Shown here: positions 14,245 through 28,850 of the stretch, in pieces
Layout of the letters: every line of letters starts with the position of its first letter
Position numbering within the stretch: position 1 is the first letter of the stretch
Assembly (NCBI GenBank): GCA_951406725.2
Contig: OX597827.1
Location: 12,958,001-13,022,000 of the forward strand
Length of the DNA: 64,000 bases
From: Octopus vulgaris
Taxonomy: Eukaryota
Reading direction: 5' to 3'
Notes under the pieces: model-generated
Seen by the model: only the letters and a program-made list of their open reading frames with translations
Databases searched by the model: none
What the model was told of the DNA's origin: nothing
Program-made: the position numbers and the translations under genes

Positions 14245-14638
14245 CGTGGAGGCGAAATGGCCCAGTGGTCAGGGCAGCGGACTCGCGGTCATAGGATCGC
14301 GGTTTCGATTCCCAGACCGGGTGTTGTGAGTGTTTATTGAGCGAAAACACCTAAAGCTCCACGAGGCTCCGGCAGGGATGGTGGTGATCCCTGCTGTACT
14401 CTTTCACCACAACTTTCTCTCACTCTCACTTCCTGTTTCTGTTGTACCTGTATTTCAAAGGGGCCAGCATTGTCACTCTCTGTGTCACACTGAATATCCC
14501 CGAGAACTACGTTAAGGGTGCATGTGTCTGTGGAGTACTCAGCCACTTGCACGTTAATTTCACGAGCAGGCTGTTCCGTTGATTCGGATCAACCGGAACC
14601 CTCGTCATTGGAATCGACGGAGTGCTTCCATCCATCCA
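14245..14638 (+). mobile_element. tRNA-derived SINE (family D), (TCCA)n tail, 10-bp TSD
   Basis: Head tggcccagtggtcagggcagcggactcgcggtc...ggtttcgattccc with A/B boxes; tctatcagtc at 14235-14244 and 14639-14648; inserted into an old SINE A. Confidence 0.8.
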
Positions 14639-15039
14639 TCTATCAGTCTGTTGAGCTGACCAACTAAGGAACAAGGATGCAAACTACCAAACACCAGTTG
14701 TCAAGTGGTGGTGAGGGAGAAACACAAACACAAACACACACACACAAACACACACACACCACACAGACACACACAAACACACACACACACATAACAGGCT
14801 TCCACAATAGTTTCCATCCTACAGATTCACTCACAAAGCATTGGTCAACCCTGGGCTGTAGTAGAAGGCATTTTCCGAAGGTACCACACTACGTTTTCAA
14901 AGCAAGCGTCTTTAACCACACAGCCATGCATGCACATAAAGAGTTGACTAAAATAATTATAAATGTTTATTGAGCCATGGAAAATGTGTGGAAGTTCATC
15001 AAGGGATTGTTTATATCCTCCCTGCTTCAGCTTCTATTT

Positions 15040-15286
15040 CATTCCTTTGTTTCATGGGGCTGGGGTCATCGAAGGTTAGTGGTTCCAGAGGCATCAATGT
15101 GTATAGAGTTAACCAGCTCTACCGGTGCTCTCCATCGCTAGTGGTCATATACCAGCACATCTGCATCCTCAAAGATGATGTTGAGCCTCTGGAGTTCTTT
15201 CTTAATCGCATCCAGACATTCTGGTGTGGGGCCTACCACGAGATCTCTTCCAGCCTGCAGCTGCTGCATTGAACGACCACTTCAGT
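15040..15286 (-). mobile_element. Degenerate RTE-like LINE 3' fragment
   Basis: GWKRSRGRPHTR, then (frameshift) LDAIKKELQRLNIIFEDAD...RWRA. Confidence 0.55.
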
Positions 15287-15990
15287 CTTCTTCTTCTTCT
15301 TCTTCTTCTTCTTCTTCTTCTCCTCCTCTTCCTCCTCATTCTTCTTCTCTTACTCCTCTTCCTCCTCATTCTTCTTCTCTTACTCCTCTTCCTCCTCATT
15401 CTTCTTCTCTTACTCCTCTTCCTCCTCATTCTTCTTCTCTTGCTCCTCTTCCTCCTCATTCTTCTTCTCCTTCTCTTTCTCCTCCTCTTCCTCCTCATTC
15501 TTCTTCTCCTTCTCTTTCTCCTCCTCCTCCTCCTCATTCTTCTTCTCCTTCTCTTTCTCCTCCTCCTCCTCCTCCTCATTCTTCTTCTCTTTCTCCTACT
15601 CCTCCTCATTCTCCTTCTCTTTCTCCTACCCCTCCTCCTCATTCTTCTTCTCTTTTTCCTCCTCCTCCTCATTCTTCTTCTCTTTCTCCTCCTCCTCCTC
15701 ATTCTTCTTCTCTTTCTCCTCCTCCTCCTCCTCATTCTTCTTCTCTTTCTCCTACTCCTCCTCATTCTTCTTCTCTTTCTCCTACTCCTCCTCCTTATTC
15801 TTCTTCTCTTTCTCCTCCTCATCCTCCTCCTCATTCTTCTTCTCTTTCTCCTCCTCCTCCTCATTCTTCTTCTCTTTCTCCTCCTCCTCCTTCTCATTCT
15901 TCTTCTCCTTCTCTTTCTCCTCCTCCTCCTTCTCATTCTCCTCCTCCTCCTCCTTCTTCTTCTTCTTCTTCCTCTCCTTCCTCTTCTTCC
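15287..15990. repeat. (CCT/TCT)n polypyrimidine minisatellite, unit about 30 bp
   Basis: Repeated cctcctcattcttcttctct; explains the poly-PS/R/L ORFs. Confidence 0.95.
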
Positions 15991-16475
15991 ACTTCAACCA
16001 CTTGTCCCAATTGATCCCAGCCAAACCATCACTGCAGATACATCCACAACCAATGACACCACATCACAACCTAACCTACAACATCACTTCTGTGCTGCCA
16101 ATACATTCTGTTAGATTTTTCAATAATAAAGAACAACAATAATCCTTCAATATAGTCTTAACCTATCTTTAAAAATTGATCCCCAAATTATTAAGAATTT
16201 TCAAGAAAAATCAGATATTATCAAAGCTTTTGCCCATTCAATAATATGTGAATCAGTAGGTTCTAGTCATTTAATGGAATAAATTCAATCAATTATGCTT
16301 ATGTACCTTATTAATTTGCTCTCATTAAACATTATTATTTTATTCAGGATGATCTTGATGATTCCAGGCAATTAATGTTGGAAATCTATTTCTATCTTGC
16401 GCAAAATCTCGATTATGATTTTTGCAATTACTTTTGTACACTCGTTGAAGGATTCATACACACACACACACATGC

Positions 16476-17155
<680 letters not shown>

Positions 17156-17329
17156 TATATATATATATATAAGCCTTTTTGCTTTGTTAGTTTTTCATTT
17201 TGGATTTTTGGATTATTTAACCACCACCCTTTTCCTGGGTTAGAAAACAAAGCATGGTTTGATACTGTTTTCTTGACATATTTCTTCAAGTTCTTTATGT
17301 TATGATTTCGAATTCTGCCAAATATACAA

Positions 17330-17746
17330 ATCCCAATATACTCAGCATGACTACCTGTCTGATAAGAGTACAATACGCAGATGCATCACAAACATGTGTG
17401 CAACATGGTGATATCATATGAAGATAAACAGCACGTAACCTTGCAGGTTGGGCCCAGTTAGAATTTTCTTCAGCTCAAGTAGCCCACCCTGCTCAAAAGA
17501 TCCCTGAATACGGTTCGTTTAAAGATGATGAATGAAACACGCATGTCTCCAGGGGTGAATTATTCAAACCCCCAGAAATTCCTTTCAATACATGGTTGTT
17601 ATGCTCAACCACTACTTCTGCTCATGAATAGCGATGCACATATCGTCAACCACTAAGGGACATGCTCAACTGGTTATGGTCAAACAACTGACAAACAAAT
17701 CTGTGGCAGAGAACAGAATATTTGCTGTAGCCCATCTTTTGTACCA
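17330..17746. mobile_element. Interspersed repeat, copy 1 (unclassified)
   Basis: Homologous to 17858-18170 (catgactacc.gtctgataag...gggcccagttagaattttc). Confidence 0.6.
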
Positions 17747-17857
17747 CAAATATTGAATCAGAGTTATTATTATTATAATCATTATAATTATTATTATTAT
17801 CATCATCATCCCCATCATTATCATCATCATCATTATTATTATTATTATTATTATTGA

Positions 17858-18170
17858 GTGAGAGAGCAGACGATGCCATCAAAGTGACACTGGGGTAAAA
17901 TATACGAAGCCTAGTATACCCATCATGACTACCCGTCTGATAAGGGTACACCAGGCACATGCATCACAACCATATGTGCGCGACATGGTGATCGCATGAC
18001 CTTGTAGGTGGGGGCCCAGTTAGAATTTTCTTCTGGTCGAGTAACCCATCCCGCTCAAAAGGTCCCTGAATAAAGGTTGTTTAAGGATGTTGAATGAACC
18101 ACCCATGTTTCCAAAGGTGAATTATCCAAACCTCTACGAATTCCTTTCAACACAGGGCCAAGATGCTCCC
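17858..18170. mobile_element. Interspersed repeat, copy 2, flanked by (ATT)n on both sides
   Basis: Homology to 17330-17746; TAA/ATT flanks. Confidence 0.6.
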
Positions 18171-18171
18171 C

Positions 18172-18229
<58 letters not shown>

Positions 18230-20256
18230 GTTGTTGTTGTTGTTGTTATTATTATTTAGCTTTCAATAATCATATATAAATAGACTCCATATCATCAGGT
18301 ACACCTACAAGTTTCTGTGGTGTGCTAAGCATTGTCTCTTAGAAGAATATGATTGTGTATGATACATGTGTTACTTTGTTCTGTACAAAATTGTATTTCC
18401 ATTCTATGATTCTGTCAGCAAGCTTATGTTCTATTAAGGAGATTTAATCAGCCTGAAACATAGTCAAAGTTGTCTTCCTTACTTGCCGAGCTTATTAAAA
18501 TAACATTAGACATTGATTTGATATTGCCGTTTCCTTAAATACGTAATTTTTTTTTCTTCGTTTTCTAATTAGAATTTTAGATGTTCATTTCATTGAATAC
18601 ATTAACAATAATTTAACTCTCCAATAAAGTAGATGATAAGAACAGAAATTTTGACGGCAACAAGATAAGGATCAGTCTCTGTCTATTCTGTGTAATTACA
18701 TATGGAAATATACAGAATAGAAGATATAGAAATATGCAGATTAATTACATTACATAGTGAAATATTTAGTAACATTTAGCAAATATGTCACCATTTTGCA
18801 CCAAGAATATAATAAGTATATACAATGTAGAAGCTGGAAATACTGTGTTAAATGTAATATGAATGATAATTGTTTTACTTTTTACTTTTTACTTTTGCTT
18901 TTTGTTTTTATTTTTTCTCTTTTTTCTTGTTGTTTTTGTTTTTGAAACAAAACTAAACACACTAACAGTAGTAAACAGTATAAGAACTAATGGTCTATAT
19001 CGATTCATTAGATGGAAGAGAAGCAGACTATTAGGAAGTGCCAAAGGAGTTAATAAAATAAAGCTTTACTTCAAACATAAATTTTTGTCCTTTTATCTTC
19101 TACATAATTAACTATTTCTGTCCATTACAATAAAACTTACACTTTACCTATATCACTGTATCGAATATCAAAGAGAAGTTGTTTAATTTTTATTTATTCA
19201 TTTATATTTATTCGTTTGTTGTTTACCTTGTAGTTTATGGATTGCAAAGAAAAACAACAAATCAATCCAACGAAAGAATTATTTTTGTTTTGTTTTTTGT
19301 TTCGTTTTTGTTTTTGTTTTTGTTTTCAAATTATTTTTCAATCCATTAAAAAATAAAACATATTCAGCTTCAAAATTAATAGAAACCAGGAATTAAATAA
19401 CACATATTTTATTCAATTTTTTTTTGGTGATGCTATAAACAAGATACAGCATAAAAAGAAATATAGTTTAAGAGATGTATCCAATAAACAGTGAAGAGAT
19501 TCAGTAATTCGGAGATTCAGATTCATTATAACCCCAACACAGGATATTCTGCTTATTGCTTCTTTATCTGAAGTGTTGAACTAAACTTGAATAAAATGCT
19601 TGATCAGGAAATTATCAGGAGATATAAATACAGAGTTTGTTTGTAAGGTTTCTTTTGTGGCAAATAACAGACCTATGACATCAAAGGTCTATTTGAAAGA
19701 TGGAATAGAGAAATAGTGTTCATCAAAGTTGAAGCAATGAATGTATAGAGAGCTTATTGTGACTCACTTGACAACTGAACGGAAATACCATTTCTTCTTT
19801 CTTTGATATCTTAATTACAAAAATCCGTAATGGCAGGAAGTCTTTTGTATTTGAATAGCAAGAATTACAACTGTATTTTTGGTAGCCTTTTTTAGCTGCG
19901 ACTAAATTATCTGCATCACTTTAGGAAAGTGAGCAGCAGTTCTCTTGATATCTTTCTTCTTTTCAAGTGTCTTTTAGCTGTCTTTCTGTTTCTCTTTTAA
20001 GAGGAATATTACAAAGAGATTGTCTGCTGTGATGGCAATATATATTGAGAGCAATCGCTGTGTCTGATGTCTTTGGTAGTTACCGGCACTGACCAACTAC
20101 GATGCCAGAAATATGACACAAGAAGACAGAGAGAAAATGTTTGATTATAAAGATATGAAATATACTCCCAAAGAATTTACTTCAACATGATATATTGTTA
20201 CATATATTTGTGTTTATGTGTAAGAAAGAGTGAAACAGCAAGAAAAAGAGAGGAAG

Positions 20257-20330
<74 letters not shown>

Positions 20331-21676
20331 GTAGATAGATAGATAGAAGAGAGAGAGAGAGAGAAAGAAAGAAAGAAAATAGAAGTGGGTATACATATTT
20401 AAAGATCTATCTCTCAACTTGTCTCTGTATGTGAACATACACATCTAGTTTTCTCTCTTACTTCATTATATTTACACAAGTGTTAGTGCATATATTTCAT
20501 GTGTATGAGTATGTATAATTTATTGTGCATGTAAGAAAGTGTAGATATATATATATGTATATATGTATATATGTATGTATGTACATGTGCAGACATGTGT
20601 ATGAGAGTGAATGTATGTGTATGTATGTACGTATTTATGCTACTATCCGTGTGTAATTATGTGTACAGTTATTTGCTTGAATGTGTATGTGTGAAAGTGT
20701 AATAAATTTATACATGTAAAGAAAGTCATGCACAAGATATAAGGTGAATGCAATGAATGTGAAATATGGAGTAGAATGTAATAAAGCTGATCTTTCTGTG
20801 TTGAAAGCTGTCCTGTGATGTTGTATGATAGAGGAGGGGCCAGTCATTAGTTCAACATAAGGAAAATAACTGGAAGGTATTGACAGGAGTGGCTGGACAC
20901 AGATGCTAAGGTTATCAAATTGGCCAGATTATTGATTTGGCTGCAGTTCAACTAATACAACAGTTTAAACAAGTATTTCAACTCTAGTGCTACAACTGAA
21001 AAATCTATATGTATAATAACAAAATTTTTGAATCCTTCCACCAAAATTCCTTAAAGAAGAATTTGAAGGAGTTATCATCATTAACACAATCATGTCACCC
21101 AAAACTTACCCCTGCCACAATCTCAGTAATAAAGTTTATTCATAAAGTCTGGAAGTAAAATATATTAATTCTCTTTAATCAGAATTTCTTTACCTGCCAA
21201 GCAAGGCAAAAACAAAGTTGCCTTTGATTTTTCAGTAGTTATTTTATTATTATTATTAATGTGTTTTTTTTTTTAATGCTGAAGAAATGAGTGCAAGTGA
21301 GAGGTGTAAACTGGTTATTGAGAAAAAAAGTTCTTTTCCCTTAATTTCATTTACCAGAATGCTAAAAGCACATGTAGCTTACTGAAGTATTAGGTTTTGG
21401 TAATAAGTTGTACTGTAATATCTTAACCACCCGACAAATTGCAAGGGGGTCAGTGAACAGGTCATGGCACTATGTAGAGAGGATTTGATATTGACTACAA
21501 CATAAGTGATTTATAAAGAGCTGAGTTATTTATTAACTGAAACTATCAGTGCATATGCTTAATTTTGACAAACATGACTCTTCCAAAATACATCAACTGT
21601 TTTAGCATATAATTTTAGATCAAACTGCATTGAACACACACACACACATATTTATATATCATCATTATATTTCGAA

Positions 21677-21906
21677 GGCGGCGAGCTGGCAGAAACGTTA
21701 GCACGCCGGGTGAAATGTGTTGCCGTATTTCGTCTGCCGTTACGTTCCGAGTTCAAATTCCGCCGAGGTCGACTTTGCCTTTCATCCTTCCGGGGTCGAT
21801 AAATTAAGTACCAGTTACGCACTGGGGTTGATGTAATCGACTTAATCCATTTGTCTGTCCTTGTTTGTCTCCTCTGTATTTAGCCCCTTGTGGGTAGTAA
21901 AGAAAT
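21677..21906 (+). mobile_element. SINE family B monomer
   Basis: Full-length; tatatatcatcattata duplicated at 21653-21669 and 21908-21924. Confidence 0.9.
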
Positions 21907-22544
21907 ATATATATCATCATTATAGTCAATTTAATGTCCACTTTTCCATGCTTGCAGGAGTCAGGTGGAACTTAGTCAATCAGATTTTCTATGGTTGGAT
22001 GCCCTTTTCATCGTTAGCCCATACCTGTTTTCAAACAAGGTAATGTTTTCCCATGGCCTGACATGAATCTGCAGAATATTAAAAATAAATGCCATCCATT
22101 TACAACAATCACACAAAGTCAGGACAAGGTGACACAGACAGACACATATTTATACTCCCACACATACATACATATATAAAGAGCTTCTTTCAGTTTCCCT
22201 CTACCAAATCCAACCACAAGGCTACAGCAGGAAACTCTTCCCCAGGGTACCATGCAATAGGACTGAACCCAGATCCACGTGTTTGGAAATCAAACTTCTT
22301 AACCATCACACAGCCACACTTGTACCTATGTATGTGCATGTGTATGTGTGAGTGTATGTGTGAGTGTGTGTGTGAGTGTGTGTGCAAACATACATATATA
22401 CATACATGCATGTATGCATGTATGTATGTATATACGTATGTTTGTGAGTATGTATATACATTGCATGTATGTATGTATGTTGTATGTATGTATGTATAAT
22501 ATATCTGGTGGTAGACATTGACTTCAATAATAAAATCAGGAATC

Positions 22545-22905
22545 AGTAAGTAGCCTGTTTACCAACCACATGGCACCTTGGGCAAGTGTCTTCTACTATA
22601 GCCTCGGGCCGACCAAAGCCTTGTGAGTGGATTTGGTAGACAGAAACTGAAAGAAGCCCGTCGTATATATGTATAAATATGCGTGTGTGTGTTTGTGTGT
22701 CTGTGTTTGTCCCCCTAGCATTGCTTGACAACCGAAGCTGGTGTGTTTATGTCCCCGTTACTTAGTGGTTCGGCAAAAGAGACCGATAGAATAAGTACTG
22801 GGCTTACAAAAGAATAAGTCCCGGGGTCGACTTGCTCGATTAAAGGTGGTGCTCCAGCATGGCTGCAGTCAAATGACTGAAACAAGTAAAAGAGAGTAAA
22901 GAGAA
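22545..22905 (+). mobile_element. SINE family A (head partly deleted)
   Basis: Homology to family consensus. Confidence 0.85.
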
Positions 22906-23199
22906 TATATACATGTAGATGATGATTATAATAGCATTGATGATAATAACAACTATGATGATGATCATGATGCAGAGAGAGAGAAAGATATGAAAGGAGA
23001 GTCAGAGAAGAGAAGAGAAAAGCAGAAAGAAACAGACTAAAGGAAAATACACTTCTGTGAATATATTATTGTCTGTTAAACAATGAGAACAGCTAAGTCA
23101 GTAAGATAAGCATTTTAACAAATAAAACATATGCATACATACATACATACATATATGTACATACCTACATCTATATGTATATATATATGCATATATATA

Positions 23200-23663
23200 A
23201 AAATTTGAATTATAACGTCGGATGTAATCAATTGAACCACACGTGTATTTATCGTTATGGTAAAATCTGGCGTGTGATTGAGTGGATTTCATCCAGATAG
23301 TTTTGGCTGAGGAGCTACAAGTGGATTTTTTGTAAGTAAAATTACATTTAATTCATTAATAGCGAAACAATTGTCCCAAAATAATCTGTATTTTTGTTAT
23401 TTTTTATTTGCCCTGTTCGTGTGAGCTAACAATCGTACTGACTTTCATGGGAAACATGTATTTTTGTGGTTGAAACCTTTTGGATTAACTAGTGCTAGAG
23501 TGAGCCATATAGTGACCACTCTCTTATATTTATTTTTGTATAAAATATTATAATATATTATAAAATATTATAATAATCCAGGTTTCTCGGAGCACTGGGC
23601 CACTTGGTGTTGAATAGATATACTATTAAATTAGTATCTAATTCTCTCACCCTTATTAATTAA
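23200..23663 (+). mobile_element. (TA)n-embedded HHR-bearing non-autonomous element (Penelope-like/retrozyme-like)
   Basis: Unique block between TA tracts containing an intact HHR; sequence 3' of the HHR is homologous to 39424-39470. Confidence 0.7.
23296..23386 (+). ncRNA. Type I hammerhead ribozyme, intact core, predicted GUC cleavage after 23375
   Basis: gatagTTTTGG-CTGAGGA-GCTA...TAGC-GAAA-CAATTG-TC-CCAAAAtaatc; all three helices pair; helix III palindrome ACAATTGT. Confidence 0.85.
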
Positions 23664-23684
23664 TTATGCATATATATATATATA

Positions 23685-23865
23685 TATGAGTACAGGACAC
23701 CACAAATAAACGTAGAACACAACGAGAAAAGAAAACATAAAAACAAAACAAGGAAACGGACTTTTTTTAACAACGAAAAAACAGAGTACAAGACAAACAA
23801 CACAAGGAACATTCCCCTTCATCAGCTGTTCCTGGTTCGACTCAATGCGTGTTTCAAAGGCAAGA
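23685..23865 (-). mobile_element. TA-anchored repeat family with GAAAC...GTC...CTGATGA motif
   Basis: Homologous to 57943-58135 (+) and 58630-58815 (-). Confidence 0.65.
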
Positions 23866-24515
23866 TAAACATACTGGATGGTTAATATTGGTTTCTTACA
23901 TAGCAGTAAAACACCCATATTTGGGAGAAGATGACAACGAATCAATTTTGTTGTTTTCAGTATTTGATTGGTACTTGTTTTATATACCCCTGAAAGCGGA
24001 ATGGTAAAGTGAACCCAGGTAGGATATCACTGTGGAATATAGAGTCCTCAACAAAATAGCATAAGAAATTTTGTCTGGTGCTTACAATTTCTGCCAATGT
24101 ACTTTACTTTTATCTGATTTCTTACAGAATCTTGCTTAAAATTTATGAATGCTGTATTGATTTCTAATACAGACACAAGTCTACACATTTTATGGGGAGG
24201 AAATATAGTGGATTAAATCAACTTCAGGGCTTGATTAGTATTTTGTTTTATTGATTCCTCCAGAAAAATGGAAAGCAAAGTTGACCCTGACAAGATTTGA
24301 ACTCATTACATAAAAGATCGTAACTAAATCTTCCACTCTTGAAATTCTGCCGAGCTAATATTGATTTCTAACGTAGGAGTAAAGTTTTTAAACTCAGACG
24401 ATGGATGCAGTCAATTATGTCAATGCCTCTATACAAGCCTGGTACTTTAATTCATCTACATTAGAAAAATTAACTCTTTAGTATTCAAATTACTCAATAA
24501 AGTGTAAAGCTTATT

Positions 24516-24928
24516 TACTCTTTACTCTTTTACTTGTTTCAGTCATTTGACTGTGGCCATGCTGGAGCACCGCCTTTAGTCGAGTAAATCGACCCCGGGA
24601 CTTATTCTTTGTAAGCCCAGTACTTATTCTATCGGTCTCTTTTGCTGAACAGCTAAGTGACGGGGACGTAAACACACCAGCATCGGTTGTCAAACAATGC
24701 TAGGGCGACAAACACAGACACACAAACACACACACACACACATATATATATATACATATATACGACAGGCTTCTTTCAGTTTCCGTCTACCAAATCCACT
24801 CACAAGGCATTGGCCGGCCCGGGGCTATAGTAAGAAGACACTTGCCCAAGATGCCACGCAGTGGGACTGAACCCGGAACCATGTGGTTGGTAAGCAAGCT
24901 ACTTACCACACAGCCACTCCTGCGCCTA
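24516..24928 (-). mobile_element. SINE family A inserted in a piggyBac-type MITE copy (about 24475-25420)
   Basis: Family homology; flanks match 41881-42102. Confidence 0.85.
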
Positions 24929-25010
24929 TATTTATTCACATTGTTTTTGAATTAATCAGGCATTATCGCATAATTTCAAAAGTTTGATGAAGTTATTGTT
25001 TATTTTAAAA

Positions 25011-25344
25011 ATAATAATAATAATGAAATTATTGTATACAGTGCTCAGGTGCACCACAACTTGTCAGAAAGTGCGTATAAAGTATATGCAGTCATGCACA
25101 AAAGTCTGGAAAGCGAACAATGTATGAGTCAGATACATGCTTGTGTGTGTATGGAGGGGAGGAAATCAGGTGTAGTGTTGGCGAATCTCAGAAAGCATGG
25201 AAGTTTTGAAGGATGCAGTGCTCCAACAACTAACAACTGATGCCGGCAGTTTGTTCCATGCTTCAGCAACTCTCAGCGTGAAAAAATGTTTCCGAAAGTC
25301 ATGGGAGCTGTGCTGTTTTCTGACTTTGTAAATATGTCCACGGT
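25011..25344 (-). mobile_element. CR1 LINE 3' end
   Basis: Reverse complement of about 1997-2330. Confidence 0.9.
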
Positions 25345-27038
25345 AAGATGTAAGAGGCCTGATCTGGATAATTCAAACATAAAACAAACAGAACTTTTGA
25401 GCCTTATTTGGTCGGTTTAAAAGTTATATCCCTTGCTTCTATCATTTACATTTTAAACTCAACTATTAATTGCATTGATAATTTGAATCAATCAAATTTT
25501 TTAAACTCACTGTATTACATACACGAGATGCTACCAAACATGCATTTAGCATTCAAAACACCCTCTTGAGGTACATTCAGTCAACCATTTTGTTAATATT
25601 AAAGGTGCTCCAGCATGGACCATTCCATGATTATTTGTTCTTTCCGGACTTGACAGTTGATACATCTTTCAAAGCTGCTGACCATTTCCCAAAGAATTAC
25701 AAAACTAGTCTTTCTGTTGAAGAAGAACATTTTCAGCATTTAGCTTGAGTATATAAAATTTTGATGATTTTCATCATCATCATCGTTATCATTATCGTTC
25801 GCTCCCCATGCTGGTATGGGTTCGATGGTTTGAAGGCGGTGAGCTGGCAGAAATGTTAGCACGCTGGACAAAATGCGTAGCCATATTTCGTCTGCCATTA
25901 CGTTCTGAGTTCAAATTCCACCGAGGTTGACTATGTTAAGAAAAACAGCTAAAAATGCACATGGTTTGATGGGTGACAAACTACACTTTGTAAGTGAAAT
26001 GTGGGATGATGTCACATTTCGAGGGAAAAACTTGCAAGGTGAAAGTTTTCATCGTAAAGAATGCAACCAATCTGGTTTGGTACCAACTGGTTGGTGTTAT
26101 TTCACTTATGGGATAGACCCCCTTAAGTCTCTACTGCAAAAACATAAAAATAACCCATCTGAGGAATTAAAAATTAAAAAAAGATGTTTCCTCAAGTACT
26201 GTCAAATGAGTTAGGTCAATCTGATGCCTTGTCAGTGAATTTTGTAGACAAAAACTGTGGAAGCATGTTATATATATATGTCTTTGTCAGTGTTTGTCCA
26301 CCTTCCCAGCTAGTGTTAGTTTGTTTACATCCCTGTAACCTAGTGGTTTGGTATAACAAACCAAATGGATAAATACTAGACTTTAAAAATAATAAATACT
26401 GGAGTTGATCTGTTTGAATAAAACCCGTCAAGGCAGTACTCCAGCATGGCCACAATCTAATGACTGAAACAATTAAAACATAAAAGAAGATTTGCAAAAT
26501 GTCTCTCACTTTGATTCTTTTTTTTTGTTTTTGTTATATATTTGTTATTGTATAACAATTTATGTGCAATAATTGTACAATAACTGCATCTCTATAATAT
26601 CAATGGTTTAGAAGTAATAATATACATTATTCAGATCGCATACAAAATATTACAAAATTATTGATTATGATATTATGTAATATTTCAGTATGATGTCATA
26701 CAGACCCACAGATTTATAAAGGAAGTACGCAATATTGGTTTCTGGAGCCCTGAGTGTACAAGAGATAATTCTTTTCATAAATAAGACATTTGATTATCAC
26801 TGATAATTTTACCAGAATATTATTTCAGGTCAACATTAATAAAATTTATTATATTAGGCAATATTTCTGTTTGTTTAGAATAAGTGAACATTCACAATTT
26901 GGGTAAAGCCCTTCTTCAAAGAACAAAATTATCACGACAAACCATGGAAAGCTCATCAATTATACAGTATCTCTGTAGTTACTGGGTAAATTGCCTTAGT
27001 GGTCAATGGTGTTGCTCTCAAATTGCCTAGTGGTCAAA

Positions 27039-27269
27039 GGTGGTGATACCGCAGAAACGTTAGCAGACCGGGTGAAATGCTTAGCAGTATTTCGCCTGCC
27101 GCTACGTTCTGGGTTCAAATTCCGCCGAGGTCGACTTTCCCTTTCATCCTTTCGGGGTCGATTATATAAGTACCAGTTACGCACTGGGGTCGATATAATC
27201 GATTTAATCCGTTTGTCTGTCCTTGTTTGTCCCCTCTGTGTTTAGCCCCTTGTGGGTAGTAAAGAAATA
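27039..27269 (+). mobile_element. SINE family B monomer
   Basis: ggtgttgctctca at 27008-27020 and 27270-27282. Confidence 0.9.
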
Positions 27270-27544
27270 GGTGTTGCTCTCACAATCATGCAATTGTGGT
27301 TTCGGTACCCAGACTGGCTGTGCATTGTGTTATTTCATGTTCTTCCAGTCCACCCAGCTGTAAATGGGTATACAGGGAGGGGTAAAATGGTGACACTGGA
27401 AAATCACCCAAACGGAGGCGTCATTCAGTGACCAAAAGAATGATAGTACAATCTATACTGTGAATACCAACTGATTGGGATTGGTTGTTCAATAATGCAG
27501 AAGGTTGATTGATTGACTGAATGATAGTTCTTATTCATTTGTAG

Positions 27545-27685
27545 GAAGGAGAGCTAACAATGAAATGGGTCCATGAACAAATTTATGTTAATGACATGTT
27601 CAAATTTCTAAAATCAATGAAACATATTTGGGCTGGACATGTCCAGAGGATATGGAACAATAGGTGGACAAAACAAAAAACAAAA
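27545..27685 (+). mobile_element. RTE LINE fragment interrupted by SINE A
   Basis: KHIWAGHVQRIWNNRWTK motif. Confidence 0.6.
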
Positions 27686-27686
27686 A

Positions 27687-28109
27687 GGAGTGGCTGTGTG
27701 GTAAGTAGCTTGCTAACCAACCACATGGTTCCAGGTTCAGTCCCACTGCATGGCACCTTGGGCAAGTGTCTTCTGCTATAGCCCCGGGCCGACCAATGCC
27801 TTGTGAGTGGATTTGGTAGACGGAAACTGAAAGAAGCCTGTCGTATCTATGTATATATATATATATATGTATGTGTGTGTATATGTTTGTGTGTCTGTGT
27901 TTGTTCCCCTAGCATTGCTTGATAACTGATGCTGGTGTGTTCATGTCCCTGTCACTTAGTGGTTCACCAAAAAGAGACCGATAGAATAAGTACTGGGCTT
28001 ACAAAAAGAATAAGTCCCGGGGTCGAGTTGCTCGACTAAAAGTGGTGCTCCAGCATGGCCGCAGTCAAATGACTGAAACAAGTAAAAGAGTAAAAGAGAG
28101 TAAAGAGTA
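27687..28109 (+). mobile_element. SINE family A
   Basis: Full-length homology. Confidence 0.9.
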
Positions 28110-28429
28110 ATAGCGCTGGATTATGAGAGAGAAACAAGAAAAGGACCAGTGGATAACACTGAACAGATTGAAGGATTATTTAGATAAATTTCACAAAAAA
28201 TTTAAGAAAAGGAATTCAAAATCAAAACTAAGGAAATACAACTGGTGTGATTGACTGAATTTAAGCAGTTTAGAGATTCTGAGAGAAACACAACACACTT
28301 GTGGATAGGGTGTGAAATGATGGTCTGACAAACAGACAGACAGCCTGTCAATCTGGGCTGCCATAGTTCATATTGTGTAGCAGGGAATATAGACATCAAA
28401 GAAGAGAATAAATTACAGTGTACAATGTC

Positions 28430-28850
28430 ACATCATCATCATCATCTAATGTCCGTTTTCCGCGCTAGCACAGGCTGGACGGTTCGACCGGGGTCTGGGA
28501 AGCCAAGGGCTGCACCAGGTTCCTGTCTGATCTGGCAGAGTTTCTACAGCTGGATGCCCTTCCTAATGCCAACCACTCCGCGAGTGTAGTGGGTACTTTT
28601 TACGTGCCACCTGCACAGGTGCCGGGGGGGGTCCGGCATCGGCCACGATCGGTTGGAGCTTTTAACGTGCCACCGGCACGGAAGCCAGCCAAGGCGGCGC
28701 TGGCAACGGCCACATTCGGATGGTGCTTTTTATGCGCCACCGGCACAGAAGCCAGTCGGGGCGGCGCTGGCAACGGCCACGTTTGGATGGTGCTTTTTAT
28801 GCGCCACCGGCACAGAAGCCAGTCGGGGCGGCGCTGGCATCGGCTACGTT
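28430..28850 (-). mobile_element. SINE family C with internal 67-bp GC-rich tandem units
   Basis: ggtgctttttatgcgccaccggcacagaagccagtc recurs at 28722 and 28789. Confidence 0.8.

Noticed and set aside
14245-14320. Possible tRNA gene
   Set aside because: No proper acceptor stem; continues into a SINE body with a tail and TSD
15175-16114. Extensin-like or protamine-like ORFs (Pro/Ser, Arg, Leu rich)
   Set aside because: Translation of a CCT/TCT minisatellite abutting an RTE fragment
16348-16460. Acceptor-like ttttattcag followed by an open frame [25 protein letters not shown]
   Set aside because: No donor site before the frame runs into a CA/TA microsatellite; no recognisable homology
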